A stretch of 30,337 bases of DNA from a virus (Duplodnaviria; Caudoviricetes): the IMG/VR virus record IMGVR_UViG_3300006114_000763, positions 1-30,337 of that record; one strand, written 5' to 3'. Both the position numbers and the translations under genes were made by a program. Below the pieces are notes generated by a model that did no database searches, was not told the origin of the DNA, and saw nothing but the letters and a program-made list of their open reading frames with translations. This document shows, in pieces, positions 1-7,146 of this stretch (position 1 is its first letter; the number at the start of each line of letters is the position of its first letter).

Positions 1-4
1 TATA

Positions 5-87
5 TGGAATCCATTGTGTGTAGGGCATCGAAACCTACATTAAGCCCCATAACGGGCCTTTATTACCACTTATAAGAACACGGATTC
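5..87 (-). pseudogene. Degenerate tRNA-like element (isotype not assignable)
   Basis: The minus strand has a GAATCC.../...GGATTC closing stem ending in CCA, a TGG-containing D-like loop and a T-like hairpin TGTAGG-TTTCGATGC-CCTACA. Arm and loop lengths are non-canonical. Confidence 0.3.
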
Positions 88-136
88 TTGAGGTCATGAC
101 TCCCCAATATGGACAGGGTAATTACTCCTGTTTTTA

Positions 137-206
137 CCATATAGAAACACACTACTCTCTTTATAGTCGAAGCCCCGGACGCTTCTCGTAATGTGTTTTT
201 ATATGG
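137..206. other. Long imperfect hairpin (about 19 bp stem) starting at the CCA end of tRNA-Ile; possible processing stem or small RNA
   Basis: CCATATAGAAACACACTAC (137-155) is near-complementary to GTAATGTGTTTTTATATGG (188-206). Confidence 0.45.
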
Positions 207-277
207 TACCCAGTAGAGGTAACGCTCCTCTGTCTTTCGATTATCAGTCGAGTGCTCTTCTTTTGAGCTAACCGGGT
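204..277 (-). tRNA. tRNA-Ile (GAT)
   Basis: Cloverleaf read by hand: acceptor ACCCGGT/ACTGGGT, anticodon loop CT-GAT-AA, encoded CCA. The T-loop AGCGTTA is atypical. Confidence 0.85.
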
Positions 278-282
278 AAACT

Positions 283-308
283 TGGCGGAATGGACGGGAC
301 TCGAACCC
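283..308 (-). pseudogene. 3' fragment (T-arm + acceptor 3' strand + GCCA) of a canonical tRNA, probably tRNA-Asp
   Basis: The minus strand reads GGGTTCGAGTCCCGTCCATTCCGCCA, closely resembling the 3' end of bacterial tRNA-Asp (G73). There is no tRNA sequence immediately upstream. Confidence 0.75.
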
Positions 309-342
309 TAGTGCAAATTAAAAATACATTCGAACCCCAGAA

Positions 343-349
343 CTAAATA
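343..349 (+). promoter_or_regulatory. T4-like late promoter motif (CTAAATA)
   Basis: Variant of TATAAATA, 5 nt before the ATG at 355. Confidence 0.5.
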
Positions 350-354
350 GTGTT

Positions 355-996
355 ATGAAACACTGTCCTAAATGTGGAGCCGAACACGATAAACCAGGCA
401 TTTTCTGTTCTCGCTCTTGTGCTAACTCAAGAGTCAGAGACCAAGCCTTCAAGGATAATGCCAGCGCTTACGCTAAAGCCAATCCAGTGGGCTGGGCCGC
501 CAATCCAAAAAGCCCTCGAAGTGGGGAGGGGATTAAGAAAAAGTGGGCCGCTTTCAGAAAAAATTTAAAATGTTGCGAATGCGGTATCGAATTTGAAGTA
601 CCATATTCGCAACGAAACAGAAAATACTGTTCTGTTGATTGTAGCAACAAAAATAAATTCCACGTAAATTCAAACAGAAAGAAAACATCAATTCACAACG
701 GATTTAAAATGGATTCTGGCGCAGAACTCGCATTCGCTCAGTTATGTGATAAAAATTCAATTCATTGGGTCAAAAATACGACCGTGTGGTTTGAATACTT
801 ACCAGGTAAAAGATACTACCCTGATTTCTATCTTAAAGATTTTGATCTATGGGTGGAAATAAAAGGCAAGCGTTATTTTAGAGAGGATGATCCAATCAGA
901 TGGGCATCGGTACCAAACCACGAAGTGATATGGTCCAATAAAATAACATTACCTACTAAAATAATGGCGACCGAGAAGGGGATCGAACCCTCCTGA
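355..996 (+). CDS. Putative free-standing homing endonuclease: two Zn-binding repeats plus a PD-(D/E)XK nuclease domain
   Basis: CxxC...[FY]CSxxC occurs twice and the C-terminal region has a YYPDFYL...WVEIKG catalytic motif. The gene lies antisense within a tRNA array. Confidence 0.75.
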   Translation: MKHCPKCGAEHDKPGIFCSRSCANSRVRDQAFKDNASAYAKANPVGWAANPKSPRSGEGIKKKWAAFRKNLKCCECGIEFEVPYSQRNRKYCSVDCSNKNKFHVNSNRKKTSIHNGFKMDSGAELAFAQLCDKNSIHWVKNTTVWFEYLPGKRYYPDFYLKDFDLWVEIKGKRYFREDDPIRWASVPNHEVIWSNKITLPTKIMATEKGIEPS

Positions 997-1044
997 ATAT
1001 CCGCAGTGACAGTGCGGCGACCACACCAAGCAGTCCCCTCGGCC
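965..1044 (-). tRNA. tRNA-Asp (GTC)
   Basis: Acceptor GGCCGAG/CTCGGTC, G73, CCA; anticodon arm CCGCA-CTGTCAC-TGCGG; T-loop TTCGATC. Confidence 0.88.
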
Positions 1045-1117
1045 TATAGTTATAAAGAAGCCCTGAGTTAGTGCAAACAAGATAGACTTGAGTGGTTCGC
1101 TTTCGGGCGGATGATAT

Positions 1118-1193
1118 TGGTGGGCTATCGCGGATTCAAACCACGCAACAACTCTATGTTGTAGAGTTAGGATTTCCAATCACTCTAAAGCCT
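1118..1193 (-). pseudogene. Degenerate tRNA (76 nt, non-canonical anticodon loop ACAACAT)
   Basis: Has a CCA end, T-arm CGTGG-TTTGAAT-CCGCG and central stem ACTCT/AGAGT. The acceptor is mismatched, the D-arm is poor and U33 is absent. Confidence 0.5.
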
Positions 1194-1267
1194 ATAAATT
1201 TGATCCAGATTACACGGCGTTAAGAATAGGTACCCTAGCTTAACTTCTGTCCGGTGGCAGGTCTTTC

Positions 1268-1292
1268 CGCTAACCAACTACGCTACCATTCC
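1268..1292 (-). pseudogene. 5' fragment (acceptor 5' strand + D-arm) of the tRNA whose 3' end is at 283-308
   Basis: The minus strand reads GGAATGG-TA-GCGTAGTTGGTTAGCG. GGAATGG pairs 7/7 with CCATTCC in the 283-308 fragment. It begins 5 nt after the tRNA-Met CCA. Confidence 0.7.
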
Positions 1293-1297
1293 TAAAC

Positions 1298-1371
1298 TGG
1301 ATGCAGGACCTAGAATCGCACTAGGGACTGGAGCTTATGAGACTCCCGAGATACTACTTCTCCATCCTGCG
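1298..1371 (-). tRNA. tRNA-Met (CAT), initiator-like
   Basis: Anticodon loop CT-CAT-AA, with a C1:A72 mismatch and A11-U24 as in fMet tRNAs. It lacks the three consecutive G-C pairs in the anticodon stem. T-loop is TGCGATT. Confidence 0.82.
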
Positions 1372-1378
1372 GCAAACT

Positions 1379-1453
1379 TGGTGGACCGACGGGGATTCGA
1401 ACCCCGGACTCTAGAATGCAAATCTAGTGCGTTCCCAATTACGCCATCAGCCC
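1379..1453 (-). tRNA. tRNA-Ala (TGC)
   Basis: G3:U70 acceptor pair, anticodon arm CTAGA-TTTGCAT-TCTAG, TTCGAAT T-loop, CCA. Confidence 0.93.
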
Positions 1454-1459
1454 AAATTT

Positions 1460-1544
1460 TGGTGGATGCGGTTGGAGTCGAACCAACAGTGCCAAGGGCG
1501 GGAGATTTACAGTCTCCTGGGGTTACCAGTTTTCCTACACATCC
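1460..1544 (-). tRNA. tRNA-Tyr (GTA)
   Basis: Anticodon arm GGAGA-CTGTAAA-TCTCC, long variable arm, TTCGACT T-loop, CCA. Confidence 0.93.
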
Positions 1545-1553
1545 ATATAACTT

Positions 1554-1582
1554 ATTATACACTCTACCAGCTATGCTGTCAA
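1554..1582 (-). promoter_or_regulatory. sigma70 promoter immediately upstream of the tRNA array
   Basis: TTGACA-17 nt-TATAAT, perfect consensus. Confidence 0.8.
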
Positions 1583-1616
1583 CATCTAGTTTATCTTTCT
1601 AGTGCTGTAGTAGAGT

Positions 1617-1686
1617 GTGTATTAAAATGCTCTAGACTATGTCTGTTCCGGCGCTTTCGGGACGCTATGAGAACATTTTAATACGC
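1617..1686. other. Long imperfect hairpin (about 17 bp stem)
   Basis: GTGTATTAAAATGCTCT (1617-1633) versus AGAACATTTTAATACGC (1670-1686). Confidence 0.45.
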
Positions 1687-1707
1687 TACCATTTTCTTTC
1701 CACAAGA

Positions 1708-1773
1708 GGAAATGCCATCCGGTAGGCCGCCCATTTGCTAGTTATTATAGTGTCTAGCGTGGATCTCGTTTCC
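1708..1773 (-). ncRNA. Candidate small structured RNA
   Basis: GC-richer non-coding island closed by GGAAA/TTTCC with an inner GCTAG/CTAGC stem. It lies directly downstream of the attenuator terminator. Confidence 0.3.
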
Positions 1774-1788
1774 ACTTTTTAACACTTG

Positions 1789-1825
1789 AAAAACAAAAAC
1801 CCCAGGGTGTTTAGTCCTGGGGTCC
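1789..1825 (-). terminator. Intrinsic terminator of the leader (attenuator)
   Basis: The minus strand has the hairpin ACCCCAGG-ACTAAACAC-CCTGGGGT followed by TTTTGTTTTT. Confidence 0.8.
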
Positions 1826-1872
1826 TTTGGAGTTAGAGTGTAGTTGTATTACACTTTGGTCTCCCGGACCCC
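1819..1872 (-). promoter_or_regulatory. Predicted antiterminator hairpin, mutually exclusive with the 1789-1825 terminator
   Basis: Stacked helices GGGGTCC/GGACCCC, GGAG/CTCC and AGTGTA/TACACT. GGACCCC overlaps the terminator 5' arm. Confidence 0.7.
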
Positions 1873-1992
1873 GATCTTAATCTCTGGTGTGCGATCATTA
1901 TTTGACATTTCGAACGCAGACCATAAGGCGGCAGGGCAATAGCCTAGCTGACTTGCGGTTCCTTGTATCAAATGTTTATGTAACGACTGCAT
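1849..1992 (-). CDS. 47-aa leader peptide MQSLHKHLIQGTASQLGYCPAALWSAFEMSNNDRTPEIKIGVRETKV
   Basis: Translated by hand (below the ORF-track cutoff). Purine-rich AAGGA/GGA lies upstream, and the stop codon sits within the antiterminator, just before the terminator. Confidence 0.65.
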   Translation of the reverse strand: MQSLHKHLIQGTASQLGYCPAALWSAFEMSNNDRTPEIKIGVRETKV

Positions 1993-2049
1993 TTTAGTTT
2001 CCAATTTTTCCTTAAAATTTATACGTCTTTTTATATAACGTATGCTTCT

Positions 2050-2078
2050 ATTGTAGTGCCTTTCAACACCACTGTCAA
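2050..2078 (-). promoter_or_regulatory. sigma70 promoter upstream of the leader peptide
   Basis: TTGACA-17 nt-TACAAT. Confidence 0.7.
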
Positions 2079-2117
2079 CAACTTTTGGTATCTTTTTTGT
2101 TGTTTTTTTACAACAAG

Positions 2118-2125
2118 TATTTATA
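2118..2125 (-). promoter_or_regulatory. T4-like late promoter
   Basis: Exact TATAAATA in an intergenic region. Confidence 0.55.
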
Positions 2126-2147
2126 CCTTGCTTGCTAACATGTATTT

Positions 2148-2176
2148 ATTATATGTTTATTTAGTCTTTGTGTCAA
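2148..2176 (-). promoter_or_regulatory. sigma70 promoter upstream of the leader peptide
   Basis: TTGACA-17 nt-TATAAT. Confidence 0.75.
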
Positions 2177-2183
2177 CCACTAT

Positions 2184-2813
2184 TTAGATATTTCCTGGAT
2201 CTTTTAGGCCTAGTTGCTCAAAACCCCAAGATCTTTCATTGCAGCCATTGCAATTATAACATCTTCCTACTTCTTGAGAGTTGCAGGTATGTGTGATGTA
2301 ATATAGTTTATTTTGTTCCAAACGGTTGCACAGGTCGATGATATGAGTCTTGTTTAATTTTTCTAGCGGTGCTCTGAACCAGTAACTTGTTTGATAGGGA
2401 ACAGGATCCCACCCAATCATATGTTGTGGCTGTTGATCTATCAACCCTAAAAAAGCCATGTGATACCCTAAACGCCATGCTTCTCTTACTCCAGATTCTA
2501 CCTGTTGTTGTTGCGGTAGATCGGGATTGCCCACAGTAATAGGGTCTTGATAAGGTAACCCAAAGTTATCATTGATGTGTGCCACCACTAACTTAGAAAA
2601 AATCTTAGACCCTTCTGTTCTTTGAATAGTCAACGGCACTATGGTATGTGGATTTCCAAACTCTTTGTTTACCTGTAGAAGGATATGGTAAAGTAATGCA
2701 CTATCAATACCACCACTGAGAAAAACGGCAATCCTGCCAGGAGTTTCGGGTAACTCTATTTCTACAGTTCGCTGATCTTTTTTTGGACCGCACTGAAAAC
2801 TCTTTGTCAACAT
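2184..2813 (-). CDS. QueC-like PP-loop ATPase (7-cyano-7-deazaguanine synthase family)
   Basis: LSGGIDS PP-loop and a C-terminal Zn site TCN...CYNCNGC..R. Confidence 0.7.
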   Translation of the reverse strand: MLTKSFQCGPKKDQRTVEIELPETPGRIAVFLSGGIDSALLYHILLQVNKEFGNPHTIVPLTIQRTEGSKIFSKLVVAHINDNFGLPYQDPITVGNPDLPQQQQVESGVREAWRLGYHMAFLGLIDQQPQHMIGWDPVPYQTSYWFRAPLEKLNKTHIIDLCNRLEQNKLYYITHTCNSQEVGRCYNCNGCNERSWGFEQLGLKDPGNI

Positions 2814-2814
2814 A

Positions 2815-3594
2815 TTAAAAATAAGTTACATTAGATTTAAAAGGATACAAAATCTCGTTGTTTTCCAAAGGTGTGTTCTTGCGTGTTTCAATCCACAAAG
2901 TTGTTCCGATACCTAATGCCAATGTTGCCGGCATACTTTGATTGCCAATCATCATCTTAGCACCTGCAATCAATCTAGCCAATGCTAGTCCGTCGCTGGT
3001 AGGTTCATAGTGTACTTTGACTTTCATTGTTTCTTCAAACCAAGCATGGTCTTCAGGTAAGCCCACAAAAAACGCTTGGTCAACAAGATTACGCTCAAGC
3101 CAGTTGACCCATTCTTCTACCTTACTAACATCATCAGTGCCCTGCAAATAGTGAGGGTTTCTTGAAATACAAATAGGACGGCCTGGTATCACTGTGGGCT
3201 TATCTACTTCAACATAGGGATCTATTTGTAGTGTTCTAAAGTTTTCTTGTAGGTCCACACCCATGGCATTGGCATATTGGTTAGCAAAGTTGCGTGGCCA
3301 AATGGGATCATTCATATGATGAGCAACTCGTTCTAACTCAAAATCCACTGTTTCGCCTTGCCATACAGCAAACTTGGTTAGACAACTTTGTATTTCCATA
3401 ATAGGAGCAAGGAAATCAAAGTCGCCCTGTGTCATACGACCGCTGTGACGACCTGCGTTGCCCCAACCAATACTGGCCGCTACCTTGTCCATATAGTTAA
3501 GACGAAGATAGTAGTCACCACCTCCTTGTGTTTTAACAAAGGCTAGGCTGCTAAATGTATCTCCAGTACTACCCGAATGTGTAAATGATGCCAT
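2815..3594 (-). CDS. Putative glycosyltransferase, GT9 (heptosyltransferase)-like
   Basis: N-terminal GxxGD and C-terminal LARLIAGAKMMIGNQS...LALG resemble GT9 motifs; located in a glycan cluster. Confidence 0.5.
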   Translation of the reverse strand: MASFTHSGSTGDTFSSLAFVKTQGGGDYYLRLNYMDKVAASIGWGNAGRHSGRMTQGDFDFLAPIMEIQSCLTKFAVWQGETVDFELERVAHHMNDPIWPRNFANQYANAMGVDLQENFRTLQIDPYVEVDKPTVIPGRPICISRNPHYLQGTDDVSKVEEWVNWLERNLVDQAFFVGLPEDHAWFEETMKVKVHYEPTSDGLALARLIAGAKMMIGNQSMPATLALGIGTTLWIETRKNTPLENNEILYPFKSNVTYF

Positions 3595-3595
3595 A

Positions 3596-4444
3596 TTACT
3601 CTGGATAAAAATCGTAAACAGAATGTGTTGCGTTGGGTACGATCATGTCTTGGTATTTTTCTAAATTCTCAACAATGATACGGGGAAAATAATCATCAAC
3701 AGTGACATATTCAAAACGCTCAACATAGTTGAATCCTAGAAATCCTACCTTGTTGGCAATCATGTAGTCAACATCAACTGTGTCTGCCAAGCCCTTAGAT
3801 TCTGCGTGGGCAAAGTTCTTTAGTTTATTGGCTGCAAAATCATTGTGTCCGAAGTAAGTCCAGTGCCAGCCGCCGTGGTCAATGATAACGCTGTTGGTAT
3901 TGGTATCAACAATGGGCAAGTTACTTCTATTAAAAGTAAACTTACGTTCACGTTGAGCATCTGTAAACTCACTGGCACGAGTCACAATAATGTTACGTTG
4001 TCTTGCATGTGGTTGTACCATTAGGAAGTTAAGTTTGAAATAAAACAACGGGATGCCTAGAACATATCTAGAATATCCATTAGTGTCTTCTTTGATAAGT
4101 TCGATGGCTTCTGGGCGAGGAATCTCGTCACAGTCTGAAACAATGACTAAATCATCAGGTTGTAAGTCAGTTAACCCTCTACGCAGTTCTCTACGTTGGA
4201 AGTTTTCGTTTACCCAAGTATTAGGATCACCGGGCATGTCATCCAACATGATGTGTCTAATCTTACTGCTATATTTTTCAAATCGTTCCCAGTTATCTTT
4301 TAGATAAAAAGGTTTGGGGTTACTTTGGTGTGTAAGGTTGCCTTCGGCAATAACAAAGAAGTCTACGGTATCCCATAGTTCTTGTAGTCTAAGTTCTAGT
4401 ATATCAAACTCGTTATAAAATGTAAAACAATCAAAAACTCTCAT
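3596..4444 (-). CDS. Glycosyltransferase family 17 (beta-1,4-N-acetylglucosaminyltransferase-like)
   Basis: DCFTFYNEFDILELRL, SDCDEIP and GGWHWTY motifs. Confidence 0.85.
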   Translation of the reverse strand: MRVFDCFTFYNEFDILELRLQELWDTVDFFVIAEGNLTHQSNPKPFYLKDNWERFEKYSSKIRHIMLDDMPGDPNTWVNENFQRRELRRGLTDLQPDDLVIVSDCDEIPRPEAIELIKEDTNGYSRYVLGIPLFYFKLNFLMVQPHARQRNIIVTRASEFTDAQRERKFTFNRSNLPIVDTNTNSVIIDHGGWHWTYFGHNDFAANKLKNFAHAESKGLADTVDVDYMIANKVGFLGFNYVERFEYVTVDDYFPRIIVENLEKYQDMIVPNATHSVYDFYPE

Positions 4445-4455
4445 TTATTCTCTCT

Positions 4456-5013
4456 TTATGGTATTTGTACAAAGGCGTGGACGTCATTAAATTCTACTGA
4501 CAGATTTGGTAAAGCATCTCTAAATGCTTGGGCAACATCGGGACTCCATGCGTCGTCGCCTACAATCAATCCTCCCGATTTCATTTTTGGAAAAAAGTTT
4601 TGAATATCTTTAATAACACCTTGGTAACTATGGTCACCATCGACAAGCAAAAAGTCTATGCTATTATCTTCGTAAAGTGCGGCTGCTTCTTCACTGGTCA
4701 TAGCATGTAGATTATACAGGCCTGCTACTGGTGCTAGTCTTTCGTGAAACCCCTCAATATGATAATCCTGCCATTCTTCGGGCTGCGACTCTGCTGATGC
4801 AGCATAGTGTGACAAAGGTTTCATTGGATCTATACAATCAAAACGAATCTTTTTACCGCTGTTAACAATCTCAACGCACATATATGCTGTGGACTTACCT
4901 TTGAAGCTGCCTATCTCAACAAACAGAGCTCCGTCGTCTGCTTGAGCAACTACATCTTTATATACATAGTCATAACTGAACCAACCGTGTATATTTTCAT
5001 AAAAATGTTCCAT
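4456..5013 (-). CDS. Class I SAM-dependent methyltransferase (Methyltransf_24-like)
   Basis: VEIGSFKGKS, DGDHSY and GDD motifs. Start moved to the ATG at 5013, which has an AAGGGA RBS. Confidence 0.82.
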   Translation of the reverse strand: MEHFYENIHGWFSYDYVYKDVVAQADDGALFVEIGSFKGKSTAYMCVEIVNSGKKIRFDCIDPMKPLSHYAASAESQPEEWQDYHIEGFHERLAPVAGLYNLHAMTSEEAAALYEDNSIDFLLVDGDHSYQGVIKDIQNFFPKMKSGGLIVGDDAWSPDVAQAFRDALPNLSVEFNDVHAFVQIP

Positions 5014-5044
5014 ATTTCCCTTTAAATGGTTGTTATTTAAAAAA

Positions 5045-5104
5045 TATTTATAGTATACTATAACACATGGAAATATTTTTAGCAACCTAGCGGCTCACTA
5101 AATA
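5045..5104. promoter_or_regulatory. Divergent promoter region of the glycan cluster
   Basis: TATAAATA on minus (5045-5052), TTGCTA-17-TATAGT on minus (5057-5085) and CTAAATA on plus (5098-5104). Confidence 0.5.
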
Positions 5105-5129
5105 TTTCTAAAATAGTTAAAGGATTACA

Positions 5130-5777
5130 ATGAACATAGCAGTCGTAAGTTTGAACAATCAAGGATACCAGCCGTTGGCTGATTTGACCTGGGATCAAAA
5201 TAAAGCACTTTACGCAGAACGACATGGATATGCATACGCTTGCAAAACTGACAACTTTTACAATGTAAACATTGGGTTTGAAAAGATTTGGTTTTTGAGA
5301 GACATGCTGGAAGGCTATCCAGACATCGAATGGATTTGGTGGACCGGTTGTGACACACTGATCACTAACTTTACAATCAAGTTAGAGGACATTATAGATA
5401 ACAACTATCATTTTATCATTGCCACAGACTGCAATGATATCAATGCAGACAGTTTTCTTGTTAGAAACAGTCCAGAGGGACGAGCTTACATTCAAATGAT
5501 CATTGACCAGTACCCACTGTATTATAATCACAACTGGGCCGAACAACAAGTTATGATTGATACCTATGAGGACAATAAAGGCATTATCAAAATCGTTCCT
5601 CAAAAAACATTTAACTCCTACGATTGTAAACTATATCCTAACCAAGCCGCAGTTGATCGCCACGGTAACTCCAGTGATTGGACCAAGGGCGACTTATTGA
5701 TTCACTGGCCAGGAACAAGTTTGCCACATCGTATGCAACTAGCACAATACTATCTAACTCAAGTTGTAACAGAATGA
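5130..5777 (+). CDS. Glycosyltransferase family 34 (GMA12/MNN10-like)
   Basis: NKALYAERHGY, WIWWTGCDTLI, AEQ and GDLLIHWPG motifs. The DxD motif is altered to GCD. Confidence 0.75.
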   Translation: MNIAVVSLNNQGYQPLADLTWDQNKALYAERHGYAYACKTDNFYNVNIGFEKIWFLRDMLEGYPDIEWIWWTGCDTLITNFTIKLEDIIDNNYHFIIATDCNDINADSFLVRNSPEGRAYIQMIIDQYPLYYNHNWAEQQVMIDTYEDNKGIIKIVPQKTFNSYDCKLYPNQAAVDRHGNSSDWTKGDLLIHWPGTSLPHRMQLAQYYLTQVVTE

Positions 5778-6589
5778 AAATCTATATAACTGGTGCTTCT
5801 GGGTTTATTGGTAAAAACCTTGTTGAGTTTTATCAAGGCCACAAGATTCTAACGCATACTCGAGATTCTTATATAGAAAAACAATGTGATTATTTCAAAC
5901 CGGATCTAATCATTCATTGTGCCGCAGAGATATACAAACCTGAAGTTATGATGAGTAGTAACATCATACTAACTTATAACTGCTTGGAGTATGTAAGAAA
6001 GAACCCTACAACTCGAATGGTACATATTGGATCTAGTGCTGAATACGGACCAATGCCCAGAGCCAGTGCTGAAACAGATCGTATCAATCCTGTTGATATG
6101 TATCAGGCCACTAAGGGTGCAGCCACTCTATTGTGTCAAGGCTATGCTAGACAATATGAATTAGATATTAAGATTGCCCGTGTTTATAGTGCGTTTGGTA
6201 ATCACGAGAAGCCACACAGGTTGTTTAGTAGATTATACGATGCATTCTTTAATGACCAACCTATGAATTTGTTTAGTGGCGAGCACGATTTTATCTACAT
6301 TGATGATTTTGTTAGGGGCATCGATATATTGGCCAATGCTCCTGCTGAGCCCGGTGATATTGTAAACTTCGGTTCAGGTATTCAGACCAGTAATCTAGAA
6401 GTATTAAATGCTTGGCAAGAAGTTACCGGACGTACCGGACCAGTCACCTATGTTGATAAAATGGCCAAGGCCTTTGAAAGTGATGTTTGGATCTGTGATA
6501 CAACATATGCCAAACATAGATATGGGTTTGAGGTTGAATATAGCCTTAAACAAGGTATTGAAGAACTGATTAGGAATAAACAAAAATGA
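5774..6589 (+). CDS. NAD-dependent nucleotide-sugar epimerase/dehydratase/reductase (extended SDR)
   Basis: ITGASGFIG, GSSAEYG, YQATK and DFIYIDD motifs. The start at 5774 forms an ATGA overlap with the upstream stop. Confidence 0.88.
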   Translation: MKIYITGASGFIGKNLVEFYQGHKILTHTRDSYIEKQCDYFKPDLIIHCAAEIYKPEVMMSSNIILTYNCLEYVRKNPTTRMVHIGSSAEYGPMPRASAETDRINPVDMYQATKGAATLLCQGYARQYELDIKIARVYSAFGNHEKPHRLFSRLYDAFFNDQPMNLFSGEHDFIYIDDFVRGIDILANAPAEPGDIVNFGSGIQTSNLEVLNAWQEVTGRTGPVTYVDKMAKAFESDVWICDTTYAKHRYGFEVEYSLKQGIEELIRNKQK

Positions 6590-7146
6590 GACTAATGGCT
6601 ATTACTATTTTTGATTACTTTAAAGATCGTCTTTCTTCTTTGGAAAACAACTATTTAGAAATCGGTATATGGCATGGAACGAGTGTATCTGAACTTGCTA
6701 AACTTTTTCCTAATAAAACTATATATGCGATTGATCCGTTTATTGAGGACGGGTTTACTTCCCACGAATCATCTATACAGCAAGGTGATCAACTATCTGA
6801 TAATCGAAATATCGTTTTAGAAAATATCAAAGGTCTTACTAATCTCCACTTGTATGAAATGACCAGTAAAGATTTTTTCGATTCTCTTACACAGGATACA
6901 ATCTCCCAAATGAATGTGTCTCATGTTATGATAGATGGTAGCCATCATTATGATGATGTTATATTAGATACACAACTAGCAATGACAGTTATCGGTAATA
7001 AGGCAGGTACTGTAGCATTTGATGATACTAATCTAGAAGGAGTTGAAAAAGCAATGAATGAGTTTCATAGCAATACACTTAATAGAATTGAATCATTTGA
7101 AGATATGCACCCAAACACAAGAATATATAAAATTAAATCACTATGA
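6586..7146 (+). CDS. Class I SAM-dependent methyltransferase (Methyltransf_24-like)
   Basis: LEIGIWHG, IDPF, IDGSH and FDD motifs. Confidence 0.78.
   Translation: MRLMAITIFDYFKDRLSSLENNYLEIGIWHGTSVSELAKLFPNKTIYAIDPFIEDGFTSHESSIQQGDQLSDNRNIVLENIKGLTNLHLYEMTSKDFFDSLTQDTISQMNVSHVMIDGSHHYDDVILDTQLAMTVIGNKAGTVAFDDTNLEGVEKAMNEFHSNTLNRIESFEDMHPNTRIYKIKSL

Larger units (their letters stand above)
309..1267. mobile_element. Putative endonuclease cassette inserted in a tRNA gene; carries a nuclease ORF, an intact tRNA-Asp and a degenerate tRNA
   Basis: It lies between matching 5' (1268-1292) and 3' (283-308) tRNA fragments. A direct repeat TAGTGCAAA occurs at 309-317 and 1069-1077. Confidence 0.55.

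Noticed and set aside
5-87. TTA in the central loop of the tRNA-like element, suggesting an ochre suppressor or stop-codon recoding
   Set aside because: The loop geometry is non-canonical, and genes in the window are intact in the standard code and end normally in TAA or TGA.
283-1292. Self-splicing intron or tmRNA as an explanation for the split tRNA
   Set aside because: The anticodon arm is missing rather than interrupted, the insert contains complete tRNAs, I saw no intron core motifs, and there is no G3:U70 alanine acceptor.
949-1681. ORF-track ORFs over the tRNA array (949-1179, 1335-1562, 1378-1602, 1427-1681)
   Set aside because: They are chance frames across tRNA genes.
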